DNA of 64,000 nt from Trichoplax adhaerens (lineage: Eukaryota > Animalia > Placozoa): the NCBI RefSeq assembly GCF_000150275.1, contig NW_002060943.1, positions 1,890,987 to 1,954,986 of the forward strand, read 5' to 3'. Shown one piece after another: positions 1-14,078 of the stretch. The translations under genes and the position numbers were made by a program. The notes under the pieces were generated by a model. It made no database searches, was not told the DNA's origin, and saw only the letters and a program-made list of their open reading frames with translations. Within the stretch, counting starts at the first letter, position 1. Each line of letters starts with the position of its first letter.

Positions 1-307
1 TGCACCTCTTATAGCTCTTTACTCTTGGATACATGCTATTAATTATAGATATATAATAGCTGATCATTGCGAGTCAATCGATTCAATCATCGTTGATTAA
101 TGAGCTAGCAGGAGAAACTTTTGCTATAGTCAAGTCTTCCATTGGTATCCTTAAACGCAGAGGTAGTAGCGTCATTTATACTCAGTTAATATTACCTCCT
201 CCAGCTTAAATTAAAACAATCTATACGAGTATATATACATTGGACGTGTTGCCTTATTCTTGATACCAATTGGGCGATTCTTATCAATATAAGCTTGGAT
301 ATCAATT

Positions 308-3300
308 ATGTCTTACACTACTTATCGAGTTTTAAAACACTCTCAAGTAACTACAACAGCATGCTATCGCAGTGCTTCAAGTTTAAGAATGAGATATTCC
401 ACAACTTCTACTAATCCAGTAGAAGATCACTCACAGATGTCTAACGTAAAAACGATGGATCAAATCCCAGGACCTAAGGGCTTACCATTCATTGGCACCC
501 TGTTGGATTATGCTAAAAATGATGGATGGGGATTTAAAAATTTTTTTGCAATGGCAGAAAAAAGACGACAAGAATATGGACCAATCTATAAGGAGACTAT
601 CGGCAATAATCGAATGGTAGTAGTGTCAACATCGGAAGATGCAGAAAAAGTATTACGTGCAGAAGGGAAATATCCCAATAAAAAAAATCTAATTGTACCA
701 ATAGCAGAGTATCGAAAGAAGCGTAATTTATCCATGGGAGTCCTACTTTCGTAAGTAAGATTCGATTAGATATTTCTAACATCGTGTTACATCATCGCAC
801 TTCTTCGGGACTTACCAGCTATTTATTCTAAATAATATTACAGTACTGCTAGAAAACTGCCCATTGCGATTCTACAGTACTGTATACTAAAGACTGAATA
901 TTATAATAATGTGATTGATCCATTCTGCTTTATAACAGTGACTACATACAATGTGTAGATTAATAATAATAACAGAATAGCAGGAAGATAACTTTACTAA
1001 CGCCGTTGTATGATGATACATATTGGATTCAATATCGTTACTTAAAATTAGTTAGCTAGCTATCCAGTTAATATTTGACTCGCACCAAATCGGTCGAGAC
1101 CATTTACCACGATATTACTATCACAACAACTTCATCTAGTTATTACCATACTACCGATTAAAGATAACTTCAATGCTGTCCCATTTTGAAACATATTGGA
1201 CTCCATATCGTTACTTAAAATTAGTTCTCTCACTATCCACTTAATACTTACACCAAATCAGTCGCGATCTTATACCACAGTATTACTATCGTAATAACTC
1301 AACCCAGTTATTATCATACTATAAATTAATTATCTAACCCAATGTTTGCATCTTCATTATCAATAAACTGATAGTAGCATCGCTCTCATACCTACTGCTT
1401 GCAAATGTTTATTTTAGAAAAGATGAAGAATGGAAAAAATTTCGTAGTGTGATGGACAAGAAAATGATGAGACCACATGAAGTAACATGCTATTCTGATA
1501 GAATCAATGATGTCTGCAATGATCTCATCCAACGTCTTAAACGATGTCGTGGTAACGACGGTATTATACCCGATATCGAGAATGAAATCAATAAATATAC
1601 AGCAGAGTGTAAGTAAAATAAATCAATTTACTCCAGAAAATATTCTTACGTAATTTATATATCTTATTCATTTTACGGCTACATCACTAGCATGCAAAGA
1701 TTTATAGATGCAAGATGTATGACATTTATAGGTTTATCCCCGCTAATCTACAATATTGAAGGAATACTATTTATATCTAGCTATTGCAACTGTTCTATTC
1801 GAAAAACGTTTGGGAATGTTCAAAGAGCCAATCGAACCTAAAGCTGAACAGTTCTATCAATCTCTTACCAAAATTTTAGAAGCTATTAATGAAATATTTA
1901 TTGTACCTCCCTTCATTTTCAAGTATATTTTTACTAAGCACTGGAAAGAACTTATTAAATGGAACGATATCGCTTCCGAATTCGCTGATGAGATTATTGA
2001 AGAGAAAAGAAAACAAATTGAAGAGAAGATTGCGAGCAAGGATGATATAACCCGATCGGACGATCGAGTCGATTTTCTTAGTTATGTTATTGCTACAGGT
2101 AAATTAACTCGAAGTGAAGCCAATGTAGCCATGACGGAATTACTTTTCGGTGGAGTAGACACGGTATAATAAATAAAATAAAATAAGGATACAATACTAG
2201 TGCCCATCCCAATAAGAAGCGACTGTCAATAACTTGATAAAGGGCTTATCGATTTTAGAAATAGAGCAAAAACGAAATTAATACTAGCTACTTAAGCATT
2301 AATTCAATTTAGAAAATCACTTTGATAGTATTTATATTAATCCATGATATAATAACCCCATAACTGTTATTATAGACTTAATAACAGGATTTATATGCTG
2401 TAGTAATTCGTTTATTGTATATGTCCGGCTTAGAATCAATTACTAGTAGAGAGATAGGAGTTACCAGTACACATGCACTGTATTGATTCATTCTATACTG
2501 ACATTGTACAGTAATACTCGCATTTCTTAACCAAAATAGCTAATATGTAGTCTTCATATGTTATATAGCAAGCGTAATCTAAATACGATGATTAATTATA
2601 TCGTACAACATATATGCTTATTTATTACTTAGACAGCAACAACTATTCTATGGACTTTATATAATCTGGGTAGAAATCCACACGTACAAGATAAATTACG
2701 AAGCGAGGTTCGTAGTGTTATGAAAGATTGTAAAGAACCGGATACAGGTATCATAGAAAAGATGCCATATTTACGTTCGTGCGTGAAAGAAACATTGAGG
2801 TTAGAGCTCCATCAATAGAGTAAAACTATCATTTTATGCCTTGTTGTAAGATAAGTTGCGACTCAATGACAGTAATAGAACATATACTTTAATTAAATCA
2901 GTCTTATACATTTATAAAAATATCAAAATCACATTTCTTCTTTTTTTATGGTAGACTTCAGCCAATCGCCCTGCTTNNNNNNNNNNNNNNNNNNNNNNNN
3001 NNNNNNNNNNNNNNNNNNNNNNNNNNATCATAGCGATAGCCGATTTCAATATTTACCATTCGGTTTTGGTCCACGTATGTGTATTGGAAAACGCGTAGCA
3101 GAGATGGAAATACATACTTTGTTATCAAAGGTCAGTTTCTTCATACTTGATCTATTCTCTTAAGTATACAGATAATATACATATAGCATAGTAATTCATA
3201 ATAATTTGGTAATGACTAAAGAACATTATTAACTTTCTAAAACGCAGCTAATTTTGGAATATGAAATAAAAACCATGAATCCTACCGAAAATACTCTAGT

Positions 3301-3361
3301 TAACAGGCTCGTCATGGCCGCCAAGGATAAGATGATAATAGCACTTAATGATTTAAAGTAG
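308..3361 (+). CDS. Cytochrome P450, mitochondrial clan, paralog 1 (7 exons; exons 5-6 interrupted by an N gap)
   Basis: Exons 308-750, 1418-1608, 1781-2163, 2633-2799, 2955-(gap), (gap)-3130, 3248-3361, with GT..AG at all visible junctions. Motifs: R/S/T-rich, acid-free N-terminus (transit-peptide-like), [14 protein letters not shown] (WxxxR), I-helix GGVDTT, K-helix [10 protein letters not shown], heme motif [11 protein letters not shown]. Exon 2/3/4/7 lengths (191/383/167/114) match paralog 2. Confidence 0.92.
1018..1321. repeat. Two-copy ~173-bp-period tandem duplication in intron 1 of CYP paralog 1
   Basis: ACATATTGGA(T/C)TC(A/C)ATATCGTTACTTAAAATTAGTT starts at 1018 and 1191; similarity continues for ~130 bp. 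Confidence 0.85.
2977..3026. other. Assembly gap (50 N)
   Basis: Run of 50 N. The equivalent interval in paralog 2 is ~340 bp (rest of exon 5, intron 5, first half of exon 6). Confidence 0.98.
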
Positions 3362-5526
3362 ATATTATGCTACGCTTGTTTTTATGATATATGTTAAATA
3401 CTCGTACTCACTACTTGACAAGATTTCATCTTCTCGGATATTTTAATAGAAAAATTTAATACAATACTACTACATTTCAATGAATATTTTTGGAAGGCTA
3501 AGATAAACGTAAAAATAAACTAGCGAGTAGATTAATGCTTAAATGTTGTAGTGCCTTTCAAAGAGCAAATGTTATCAACTGCAGCTTACATTTATTAAAT
3601 TCGGCTAATGCCAGACCTGAGGCCTTTCCAATTTAAATTGTTTATCAAAATGAATAAAATGATACCGATATTTCCAGCTATCGACTTAGAGTATTTCTAA
3701 TGCCGATATTGACATGCATTCCAGAATCTACAGTATAAATACCCGTATATTGTACAAGAGCAGATATAGAATACACCATATTTGGAGCAGAGATCTGCAA
3801 TTTGTCATTTGTTGTCTGGTTTGGAATATGAATTCAGAGTAACATGAGGAAAGAGAATCTACTGTAAAAGATTATCTTGACATTCTATGAATATGATAAC
3901 TGTAATAAATATGGGTTATAGTCGAGTGAAACATACTAGAGTAACTATAGTCGCGATAGAACTAGAGCTAGAACTTTTAACATCAGATTTGAAGCAAGAC
4001 TTGCAAGAGAAATTTCCCTTAAGAAATCGCTGGTAGAGTAATCATAGTAAAACATTGTATACTAAGGATTTCAATGGACTACTTTTGAAAATATCGATTA
4101 CGGAATTGGGAGTGGACGAGAACCTGAGAAATTGGAAAACCTACGATAGCATGGTATACCATTGCAGCCATACTGAAGTCACCAGCGAAATAGTCGATCT
4201 ACGTATTTTCAGCTGACTAATTCAATCACTTACCGGTTTAGGGGATAGTATTTGTTCAGAGCTGTACTGCCTACTGTATTCTACCGGTATAGAAAAGCCT
4301 TCCGTTTTTATATTCGTATTTTATTTATTTATTAATGATCATCATTGTAGCAATTACTGTTCCATGAATAAGAAAGAATACTCGAGGTAGAGCTTATGTC
4401 AACAATAGCTGGAGGTTCTGCAATGTTGTGTTTACATAAATGTACAAGTTTGATTATCTTAACAAATTCGTGGATAACTAATACATGAGAATTTTATAGA
4501 TATTTCTTAACTACTGTTTAGGTTACTCTAGATTACCGAGAGTAAACCATATTATAACTGCCAGCCTACTGACATAGACACGTATCTTTGTTGGAAAGGA
4601 AGCAGTAGAAAGATCAAACATAGATTACTACTATTTATCTATCGATTATTTCAGCAAGGCAATAGATCACTCACATCATTCTAGTTAACAACATGTACCA
4701 ATCTATCGCGATTGTTTATTTTAGAATAAAGATAGACATACGAGTAAGCCAACGGCTACCATCCTCGATCTACAGCACAGTATTGTATGTGGGCTGATCC
4801 ATGTTAATAAGCACAAAGAACTTTGCCATCCATTAGCCTATTAATGCAATCGATTAAAAATGCATCGATCGATCGTTAGGCCAACTTGAAAAGCTGCCAA
4901 TATTATCCCTATCGAGTTGCATTCTACTTGCATACGATAGGCATTTCTTATCCACAATATCCTCAACTAAAAGGCGCTTGTTTAGCCGTTTGTTTATTCT
5001 AATTTCTCCAAATTATGATTTAGCCTTGCCTTGTTTCCCAGTAATTCTTGTTGATTTACGCAATCGCAGTCTTATTATAAAATGGATTTCAGAATGTAAA
5101 AAACAAGAGATGTGGATGATTGCTTTCCTATCAAGATTGCATCATCGACGTAAGCGATCCTATATAAAGGTGTGCAAATTATTGTTACTGAGGAGTGGCT
5201 AGCTGATCGAGTCGAGTGCAGCTCAAGATACTGCATTACCCAAACACAAAATTATTACACCTCTCATCTATCAATCTTGCGGTGCTAACGGATATCCTGT
5301 AGGTCTTTTAGATACTTGATGAACGTCATTTTAAAAGAAAGCATAAATCATGGCCTCCCACTAATCTTAAATTAATCGTTTATACTATACAAATTAGTAT
5401 TGTCTAGTATCAAGAGTAATTGATAAAAGAGCTTTAAAAATATTTTCTACTAGTTTATCAATTGACGACTGAATTGATTGTCGAGCTTTGGCTGCCCTTT
5501 GAAATTGGAAACTACCTGCATAAATC

Positions 5527-8508
5527 ATGGCATACGCTATCACCGTTTTGAAGCATCATCGAGTGATTGCAGCATGCAACCCAAGTAGCTCATTACCATT
5601 TTTGTCGCTGAGATATTCCACCACCAATGCTAATCCAGTAGAAGATCACGTAGAAATGGCCAATGCAAAGCCTATGGATCAGATTCCTGGACCCAAAGGA
5701 TTACCAATCATTGGTACACTGCTAGAGTACGCTAAAAATGATGGTTGGGGATTCAAAAATTTATTTACCATGACCGAGAGGAGAAAGCAGAAATATGGCC
5801 CAATCTATAAAGAAAAAATGGGAAATTTTACAATTATCGTTGTCTCCGACGCTGATGATGCACAAAAAGTCCTACGTGCAGAAGGTAAATATCCAAATAG
5901 GAGTCCAATCGTGCCATTGATCGAGTACAGAAAGAAACGCAACTTACCCATGGGCGTCATGCTTTCGTAAGTAGTCTTAACCAATATTCTTCACTGCGAT
6001 ACTACTAAGAAGATTTTAAGAGCCTCAACACTTTACTTTAATGATCAGTATTACTCTATTAAAGTAACTCAATGATGACAAAATGCTTACCAGTTCTTCA
6101 CATTTGCTGCTAACACCCAATACAGTAATGTAAATAGAAACGGTTTAACATCTATGCATTGCCACATAGAATTCAGCTTTAATTTTATGTTAATCGTAGT
6201 GTATAGGCTTGAAATCGCCACCATTTTGCACAACCATCTAAGGTTACATCAGAATAGTTACCTTTGCTAAATGTAGCTCCAATCATCTATTTTTAATCAA
6301 TATCAACATCTGCGTCTTCATAGCTAGCCAACTTGAATAACACCACTTTACCTATAATATACAATTTAGCAAAGATGAAGAGTGGAAAAAATTTCGCACT
6401 GTGATGGATAAGAAAATGATGAGACCACACGAAGTCTCATGCTATGCTGATAGAATCAACGATGTCGGTGATGATCTCCTACAACGTCTTAAGCGTTGCC
6501 GCAGAGATGATGGAATTATACCTGATATCGAGAAAGAAGTTACTAAATATGCAGCAGAGTGTAAGTAATATTAATTGCGAATGACAACAGCGATAACTAT
6601 CATTATCTAATCTTATCAAGCAACCGTTATATAAAATGATAGGAAAAGAAATAGTAGATGTAAATTAATAGAAGAATTTTAACCTCCTGTACTAATTTTA
6701 ATTGTAACTATGCAAACAGCCATTGCAACGGTCTTATTCGAAAAACGTCTGGGAATGTTCAACGAACCAATCGATCCTAAAGTTGAAGATTTCTACGAGT
6801 CTATCACTAAACTTTTGCTAGCTACCAACGAATTAACGGCCGTTCCCCCTTTTATCTTCAAGTATATCTTTACTAAGAATTGGAAAAAACTTGTTAAATG
6901 GTCAGATAAAGCTTTTCAATTTGCTGATGATATCGTAGAGGAGAAAAGGAAAGGACTTGAAAAGAAGATAGCAAGTGCTGATGACATAACTCGATCAGGC
7001 GATAGAATTGATTTCCTTAGTTATGTTATAGCTACGGGTAAATTAAATCGAAGTGAGGCAAACGTGGCCATGATAGAGTTACTCTTTGCTGGAATGGACA
7101 CGGTAAGGCATAGTAAAATAAATGATATACGCATATGTGTTAAATGTTTTAAACAGTAATTAAACGAAGGTACTTTTTAATGCCACAATATGTAGAGTTT
7201 ACGATAATTATAAAGCATATAAGCTAATAAATCGAAAAAAAATCAACCCAAAAAGCACCTACATAAGTAGTATGTTATATCAGTCACACAATATCTGGCT
7301 TATATATTCTTATAAGACACCTTGTCAGTATTGAAATTTTTTATGACTCATAGAACATTCTTTTACCAAGAAAACTATTAAATCGATGTTAAATCAATCA
7401 ATCTCCATTCTAATAGACCCTAGTTATAATTATGACTGAAACGTGTTTATCCTTTAGGCAACCTCAACGATTTTGTGGACCCTGTACAATCTCGGTAAAA
7501 ACCCTCAAGTCCAAGATAAATTAAGGAATGAAGTTCGTAGCGTTATGAAAGATTGTAGAGAACCAGATGCAAACTTATTAGAGAAGATGCCATACTTGCG
7601 TTCATGCGTGAGGGAAACTTTGAGGTTAGTATTTACTAAACAGAGCAAATGTAATTCAGTATCTTACAGATGTAATAGACTACCACAATTGCTGAATTTG
7701 ATGCTAGATTTAAATCAGCGATAGAACACATTTAAATTACAGTGATCTAAATTTTGATATGGTAAATTAAAATTTTTTAAAATGAACTTAATAAGAATTA
7801 TTATTAAATTATTACAGACTTCAGCCAATCGTTTTCGCTTTACCAAGAATTACTGATAGAGATCTTGTACTAAGCGGATATAAAGTACCTGCCCAGGTAT
7901 AATTGATCCTAAATCGATATTCATTAACTGATTTTTGATAGGATTAGAAAAATAGGCAAAGTATCCTATATTCGAATACTGTACATGTGTCCAGCCTTCG
8001 AAATCTTAGCTACGCAATAGTTTTCGTGTGATACCGGTACTTGTGGATTTACCTCAATTTGTTTACTTCAAATAGAGTTTTGTCTTGATTGGAAGCTATA
8101 TTATGGGCAGAGATGAATCAGTTTTCACTAATCCGCAGCAGTACATGCCAGAGCGATGGCTAAGAGGCAGCGATCGCCAAGGATATCAAAGCGAGAGTCG
8201 GTTTCAATATTTACCATTTGGCTTTGGTCCGCGAATGTGTCTTGGAAAACGTGTAGCAGAAATGGAAATACAAAGTTTAATGGCAAAGGTTAGTGCTTAT
8301 GTTTCGAGATCAGTTATAAAGTACAGTACTTCAACTAGAAAATTTCCACTTTACTTGAGGTAATCCTAATCTGACCAATTTTAAAATAACTCAGTTAATT
8401 TTAGACTATGAAATAAAAACGATGAATCCCACCGAAAACACTCCTGTTAATAGGTTGCTCATGGCTCCCAAGGATAAGATGCAAATAGCTTTACATGATT
8501 TAGTATAA
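5527..8508 (+). CDS. Cytochrome P450, mitochondrial clan, paralog 2 (7 exons, 528 aa, intact)
   Basis: Exons 5527-5966, 6370-6560, 6720-7102, 7458-7624, 7818-7896, 8076-8288, 8395-8508 total 1587 nt and stay in frame. Motifs [39 protein letters not shown]. Confidence 0.95.
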
Positions 8509-10196
8509 GCTAATTAGTCTATCCTACGAATTCGATTATAGTATTAGACATGTAAGAAATGCTTTGAATATCTGATATAGTAAAAAATAATATCCTTTTC
8601 CTTCTTTCATATACAATTAGCGCTCAGATAAATTGGAGAGAAAAATATCTTCAAAATATTAATGCTCAAAAGTTGATAATTTCCAAAAGTGCAAAAGCAG
8701 CTGGTTCTACTGTACTGGTTATAGATTGGTTCTATTAGATAGAGAATTTAAAAATAAGCTAATAAACTATCAAAATTATATTCTAAAGTGCATTTATATT
8801 TTAAATTAGGATAGCAAATAAAATGATGAAAATAATTAATATCTGCATTTGGTTTAATCTATATTAATTTATTGTCTTCCTGTGCCGGAAGTCTATTACA
8901 AAATTTCAGAGTTCCAAATCGTGATTGAACAATTTCATAGGTATTTATATTTGAACTATATTATTCGATTCAAGATCTTTCAAACCCTAACTTAGATCCT
9001 ATTTTCCACTAGAACGACAAGCGTAAGAGTAAATGATAACTTAGATTAAGCTGATCCTACGATTTGATATTGCATGAAAAGCGTACGGTATAAAAACCGT
9101 AAACCGGTAGTCACATACTTATCCTTCAAGTATATATTACCTAGATAAAAGCTTTAGACTTTCAACTACTGTCACAACAGAAGACTCTCACCTTATTCTC
9201 ACTCATTTGCACTATGTAAATAAATAAATATTAATTTTGCAATTTGTGGATCACTGTATTTCCGCTGCGATCAATGCCCGAATAAATGATTCATTTATAC
9301 GAATTTTCTATAACTTTCCATAGTGATCAATCCTGAGCTGGACTACTACCCAAATATATATTTCAATTTTTATGAAAAATTTCTCGTTATCGTCAACCTC
9401 AAACTTGGCTAATGCCCAATAAATATTTCAGTCTTCTAAATTTACCGCGATCATTCGTTAAACTCAGTCCTGAACGTTAGCAATGCTTGGATAAATATTT
9501 CAATCTCAAGCATGTTTACATTCATTTCTATCATCATAAGCGGTAAAATGAAAGCGAATGAAATAATTCAGCTATTGCAAAAGAGTACTTAAGATGTTAA
9601 CAAAACTTCTGAAATTACTCATAAATTTATACTACTTCGATAGCCTGATATGAGTTAAAAGGTATACGTGGCTAGTTTTGTATTACTTTAAGTACCTTGA
9701 ACATTGTTTGTCTACAGCTAGCTGGAGACTGTTATGTCTCCCGTTTGGACAGAATGAGGTAATAAATCCTATTGCACAACTACATTAATGAATCGAATGA
9801 TACAAGCTTCTAAAGGTTCCTTAGCCTAAAGGATGTCTCGTAGCGACGACGTACTACGCTAAGCATATTTACTTAGCTTAGTCCCGTAATTAAATCAAGA
9901 TATATCTATCATATACTATACAACCAGTCTTTATTGCAGTTTACATTGTTACAGTATTGAATCATATGGAGCTTATTTATCTGTTGTACCATGAAATTGA
10001 GGTCAGATTTGACACAAACTCAGGGTCAAATAGAATTTTTCAGTAGCAACATTGATAAATTTTCAAAATTTTTCATTACTTCGCAAAAATAATCGATAGA
10101 ACGACTTCTACTTTTCTCGATCAAACTAGTTAGTGGGCACAATAAACAAGGTAGAAAGCAACTTCTAAGATTAAACATTACTTAAGAAATTTATAA

Positions 10197-10840
10197 GCTA
10201 TACATTTACAAGCCATAGTCGAAATTAGACTTCGCGGTAGAAATTTGTTTGCTATACATTTTATATACTTTCGCCAAGCAATTATTGAAATTACCGAAGA
10301 AATTTGCATGCTATATACCCCTTTATATACTTTAGCCAAGGCAATTGTTAAAATTACTGAAGAAATTTGTTTGCTATATGCATCTTTATATACTTTAGCC
10401 AATGCGATTGTTGAAATTGCTGAAGAAATTTGTATGCCATGTTCATCTTTATATGCCGTATTTTAGCCAAAGCAATTGCTGAAATTCGATTTCGCTGAAG
10501 AAGCTTGTATGCTATACATTTTATATACTTTAACCGATGTAATTATTAAACTACGAAAGAGGTTTATATGATCTACATATTCATCTTTATTTACGTACTT
10601 TAGCCAATGCAATTGTTGAAAACTTAAAATTAGACATTTGCACCATAGCTTTGTACTATAGCTGTTCCGTCCTGTGCATGTCCGTCTAGAACAATTTGCT
10701 GAAATTAGACATTACTAAAGAAGTCTGTATGCTATACATCTTTGTATACTTTAGCCAGAAAAACTGTTGAAATTAGACATTACTGGAGAAATTTGTGCGC
10801 TATATATCTTGATACACTTTCGTCAGAGCAATTTTTGAAA
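10197..10840. repeat. Degenerate minisatellite, ~55-75 bp unit, ~9-10 copies
   Basis: Unit ~GCTATACATYTTTATATACTTTAGCCAAWGCAATTGTTGAAATT(AGACATT)ACTGAAGAAATTTGTAT recurs at ~10197, 10251, 10310, 10373, 10436, 10511, 10570, 10731 and 10798. Confidence 0.9.
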
Positions 10841-11013
10841 GGCATGATCAATCGTTAGCTTCTAGTAATCTTTAATTTTCTATTCTACTATGTACTATTG
10901 ATAAATGATCATTACCAAGACCTGTCTTAAGCGTTTCTAACGATGATATAAATGATTTGTCTGAATTGATTACAGTTTCCGTCGAGCCTAAATTGAAATC
11001 ATCAATCCAAATG

Positions 11014-14000
11014 ATGTCCTATGCTACAACAATTTGGAAGCATCATCAAGTGGTTGCTGCATGTATTCCGAGAATCTCCTTACCTATCCTATCACTGAGA
11101 TATTCATCAACGAATGTAAATCCTGTTGGAAATGACTTAGAAATGGCTAATGCAAAGCCTATGGATCAGATCCCAGGGCCGAAAGGATTACCAATCATTG
11201 GTACACTGCTAGATTATGTCAGAAATGATGGCTGGGGATTCAAGAATTTATTTGCTATAACCGAAGAAAGAAGACAGCAGTATGGACCAATTTATAAAGA
11301 GAAAATGGGACATTATTCTATTGTCTATGTTTCCACAGTGGAAGATGCAGAGAAGGTACTACGTGCGGAAGGCAAATATCCAGATAGAAATCCTATTATA
11401 CCACTAGTGGAGTACAGGAAGAAGCGCAACCTGTCCATGGGGGTTATACTTTCGTAAGTTGTTTTTGAATGATATTTTAAATAGTTATGCGAACCAGTTT
11501 AAGTGTTTTGGATACAAATATTATTTTATTCGAGAATCATTTTAGATCACTCCATTGCTGTAGTTGGCATTTTTATTCTGTACATCATAAGCTCATTGGT
11601 GATAAAATGCCTGTTACTACTGTATAAGAAAGAATAGTGGCCAATAGTAGCCTCAACATCTACCGTCTATGCATTGCTAACAGGATAAAAATAATATTAT
11701 GATTCTTTGATCTTATCATTTTCTGTTTTATTAATACATATGCATCAAGTGTCAAAATTGCAACGATGACATATTGCAGAATATGACATCATAACTGAAT
11801 CTACATTTATTTATGAGATAGATTCATGAACAATGTTGAATGCAAGTAATATTGCCACTTTACTTTCTATCTTAATTTAGCAAAGATGAAGAATGGAAAA
11901 AATTTCGTAGTGTTATGGATAAGAAGATGATGAGACCAAGAGAAATAGCATACTATTCTGACAGAATTAATGATCTTTCCAATGATTTCATTTAACGCCT
12001 TAAACGACTCCGCGGAAATAATGGCATCGTACTCGATATCGAGAAAGAAATTAACAAGTATACGGCAGAATGTGAGATGATTAGTTCTTCCATTCCATAT
12101 ATATAATTAATCATTATAAAAATGATCTTATCTAGTATCTTATATATAAATACTACACATAAAAAAACTATCAATAGAGCTAAACACTATTATGCAGAAT
12201 TTATTTTTATTTCTATTTCCATAATTACAGCCGTTGCAGGTATTTTGCTTGAAAAACGTCTGGGAATGTTTAAAGAGCCAATTGAGCCCAAAGTCGAAGA
12301 ATTCTATCAGTCTGTTACCAAAATATTAGAAGCTACCAGCGATTTATTGACAGTTCCCGTCTTCGTTTTCAAGTATATCTTCAATAAAAATTGGAAAAAA
12401 CTGGTTAAATGGTCCGATTTGGCTTTCCAATTTGCTGACGATATTATAGAAGAGAAACGAGAGCAACTTGAAAAGAAGATAACCAGCAGCGGATGACATA
12501 GCCCGATCAGGCAGTGGAGTTGATTTTCTTAGCTATGTGATCGCAACAGGCAAACTAAATCGAAGTGAAGCCAATGTGGTCATGATAGAGTTACTCCTTA
12601 CTGGAATAGACACGGTAAAACGAAATGAAATCAAAATAATGAATCACTTTAACTTGCTAAAGTACAATAATATTGTTAAATACTTTCTATTGTAATGTAC
12701 CTTAATGGACGATAAGGTATTCTAAATGCTCCCTAATTTCGAGTTTAGATTGATTTTGACTTTAGAATAAAATTGAATGGAACTCAAATACAACGATACT
12801 AGTAACCTGTTCCAGAAACAGGACATTGCTTATGGCATATACGCGTATTTCAACGAAATACCAACATAGCATAATATAGCTAATTTATTTGCTAACCTAC
12901 AAGCAGTTCAACATCGAATAGATGAATAAATCGGGATCTATAGCCATAATTAATTGTCTTTGTATTCCCCTGATAGTCGTTGATTTGTTATTCTATTCAA
13001 CAGAACCTAGCTGTATTTATTGGAAAATTCATATCCTTACATTTTCTCTAGGGAGCCAATACTCTTTTATGGATGCTGTATGATATCGGTAAAAATCCAC
13101 GTGTGCAAAATAGATTACGCGATGAAATTAGACGCGTTATGAAAGATTCCAAAGAACCCAATCTAGATTTATTTCAAAAGATGCCATACTTACGTGCATG
13201 CCTGCAAGAAACATTAAGGTTAGTGTATAATCAACTAGAAAACATTAATATCCTTCATGAATAACGATAGTAAAGTATTTACATCTTCTAATATTAAAAT
13301 TTATAAATTTTTATCTTCGAGTGGAGATGACAAGATAAATTTTTATTTCTTTTAATGAAGATGGTAGCAAAATCTGAGATTCTTTGCTATAAGTTAAGAA
13401 CAATTTTAATCATTATAGAATTCATCCAATTTCCGTTGCCTTACCACGAATCATTAATGAAGATCTTGTACTTAGTGGATATAAAGTGCCAGCTAAGGTA
13501 TATCGGTATATTCATTAGTTGAGTATATAATTAGGCAAATAGAGCAAAGTATTCTAAATTATAATATTATAAATTAATAGTGTGTCCTTTTTTACGAGTA
13601 TAGCAATAATTATACTTAGTAAATTAAATAAATTTGTTATTTTCAAATAGAGTTTCGTCTGGATCGGACATTACTTTATGGCTAGAGATGAATCAGCTTT
13701 CACTAATCCAAGTCAATACATGCCAGAGCGATGGCTAAGAGGCAGTGATCGCCAAGGAAATAAAAGTGAGAGTCGATTTCAATATTTACCATTTGGCTAT
13801 GGTCCTCGAATGTGTATTGGAAAACGTATAGCAGAAATGGAAATATATACCTTAATGTCAAAGGTTAGTTCCTATCATCTATACTAAAGTTAGTCTAAAT
13901 AATCTTTGACAAGACATTATTCTAGCTGAAGTTTATTCTAATCAAATCGATTTAAAATACGTAGTTAATTCTAGAATGCGAAATAGAAACAATGAATTCA

Positions 14001-14078
14001 TCCGAAAATACTCCTATAAACAGAATGATTCTGGTTCCCAGGGATAAAATGCAGATAGCCTTTCATAATTTAGTGTAA
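11014..14078 (+). pseudogene. Cytochrome P450, mitochondrial clan, paralog 3; disrupted
   Basis: Exons 11014-11453, 11881-12071, 12231-12614, 13052-13218, 13419-13497, 13651-13863, 13965-14078. In-frame TAA at 11993-11995 where both paralogs have CAA. Exon 3 is 384 nt versus 383 nt (+1 frameshift near 12485-12490, giving TGA at 12494-12496). Splice sites and heme motif PFGYGPRMCIG are intact. Confidence 0.85.

Noticed and set aside
10178-10466. Short ORFs on both strands with repeated peptides
   Set aside because: By-products of the minisatellite; unit lengths are not consistently multiples of three.
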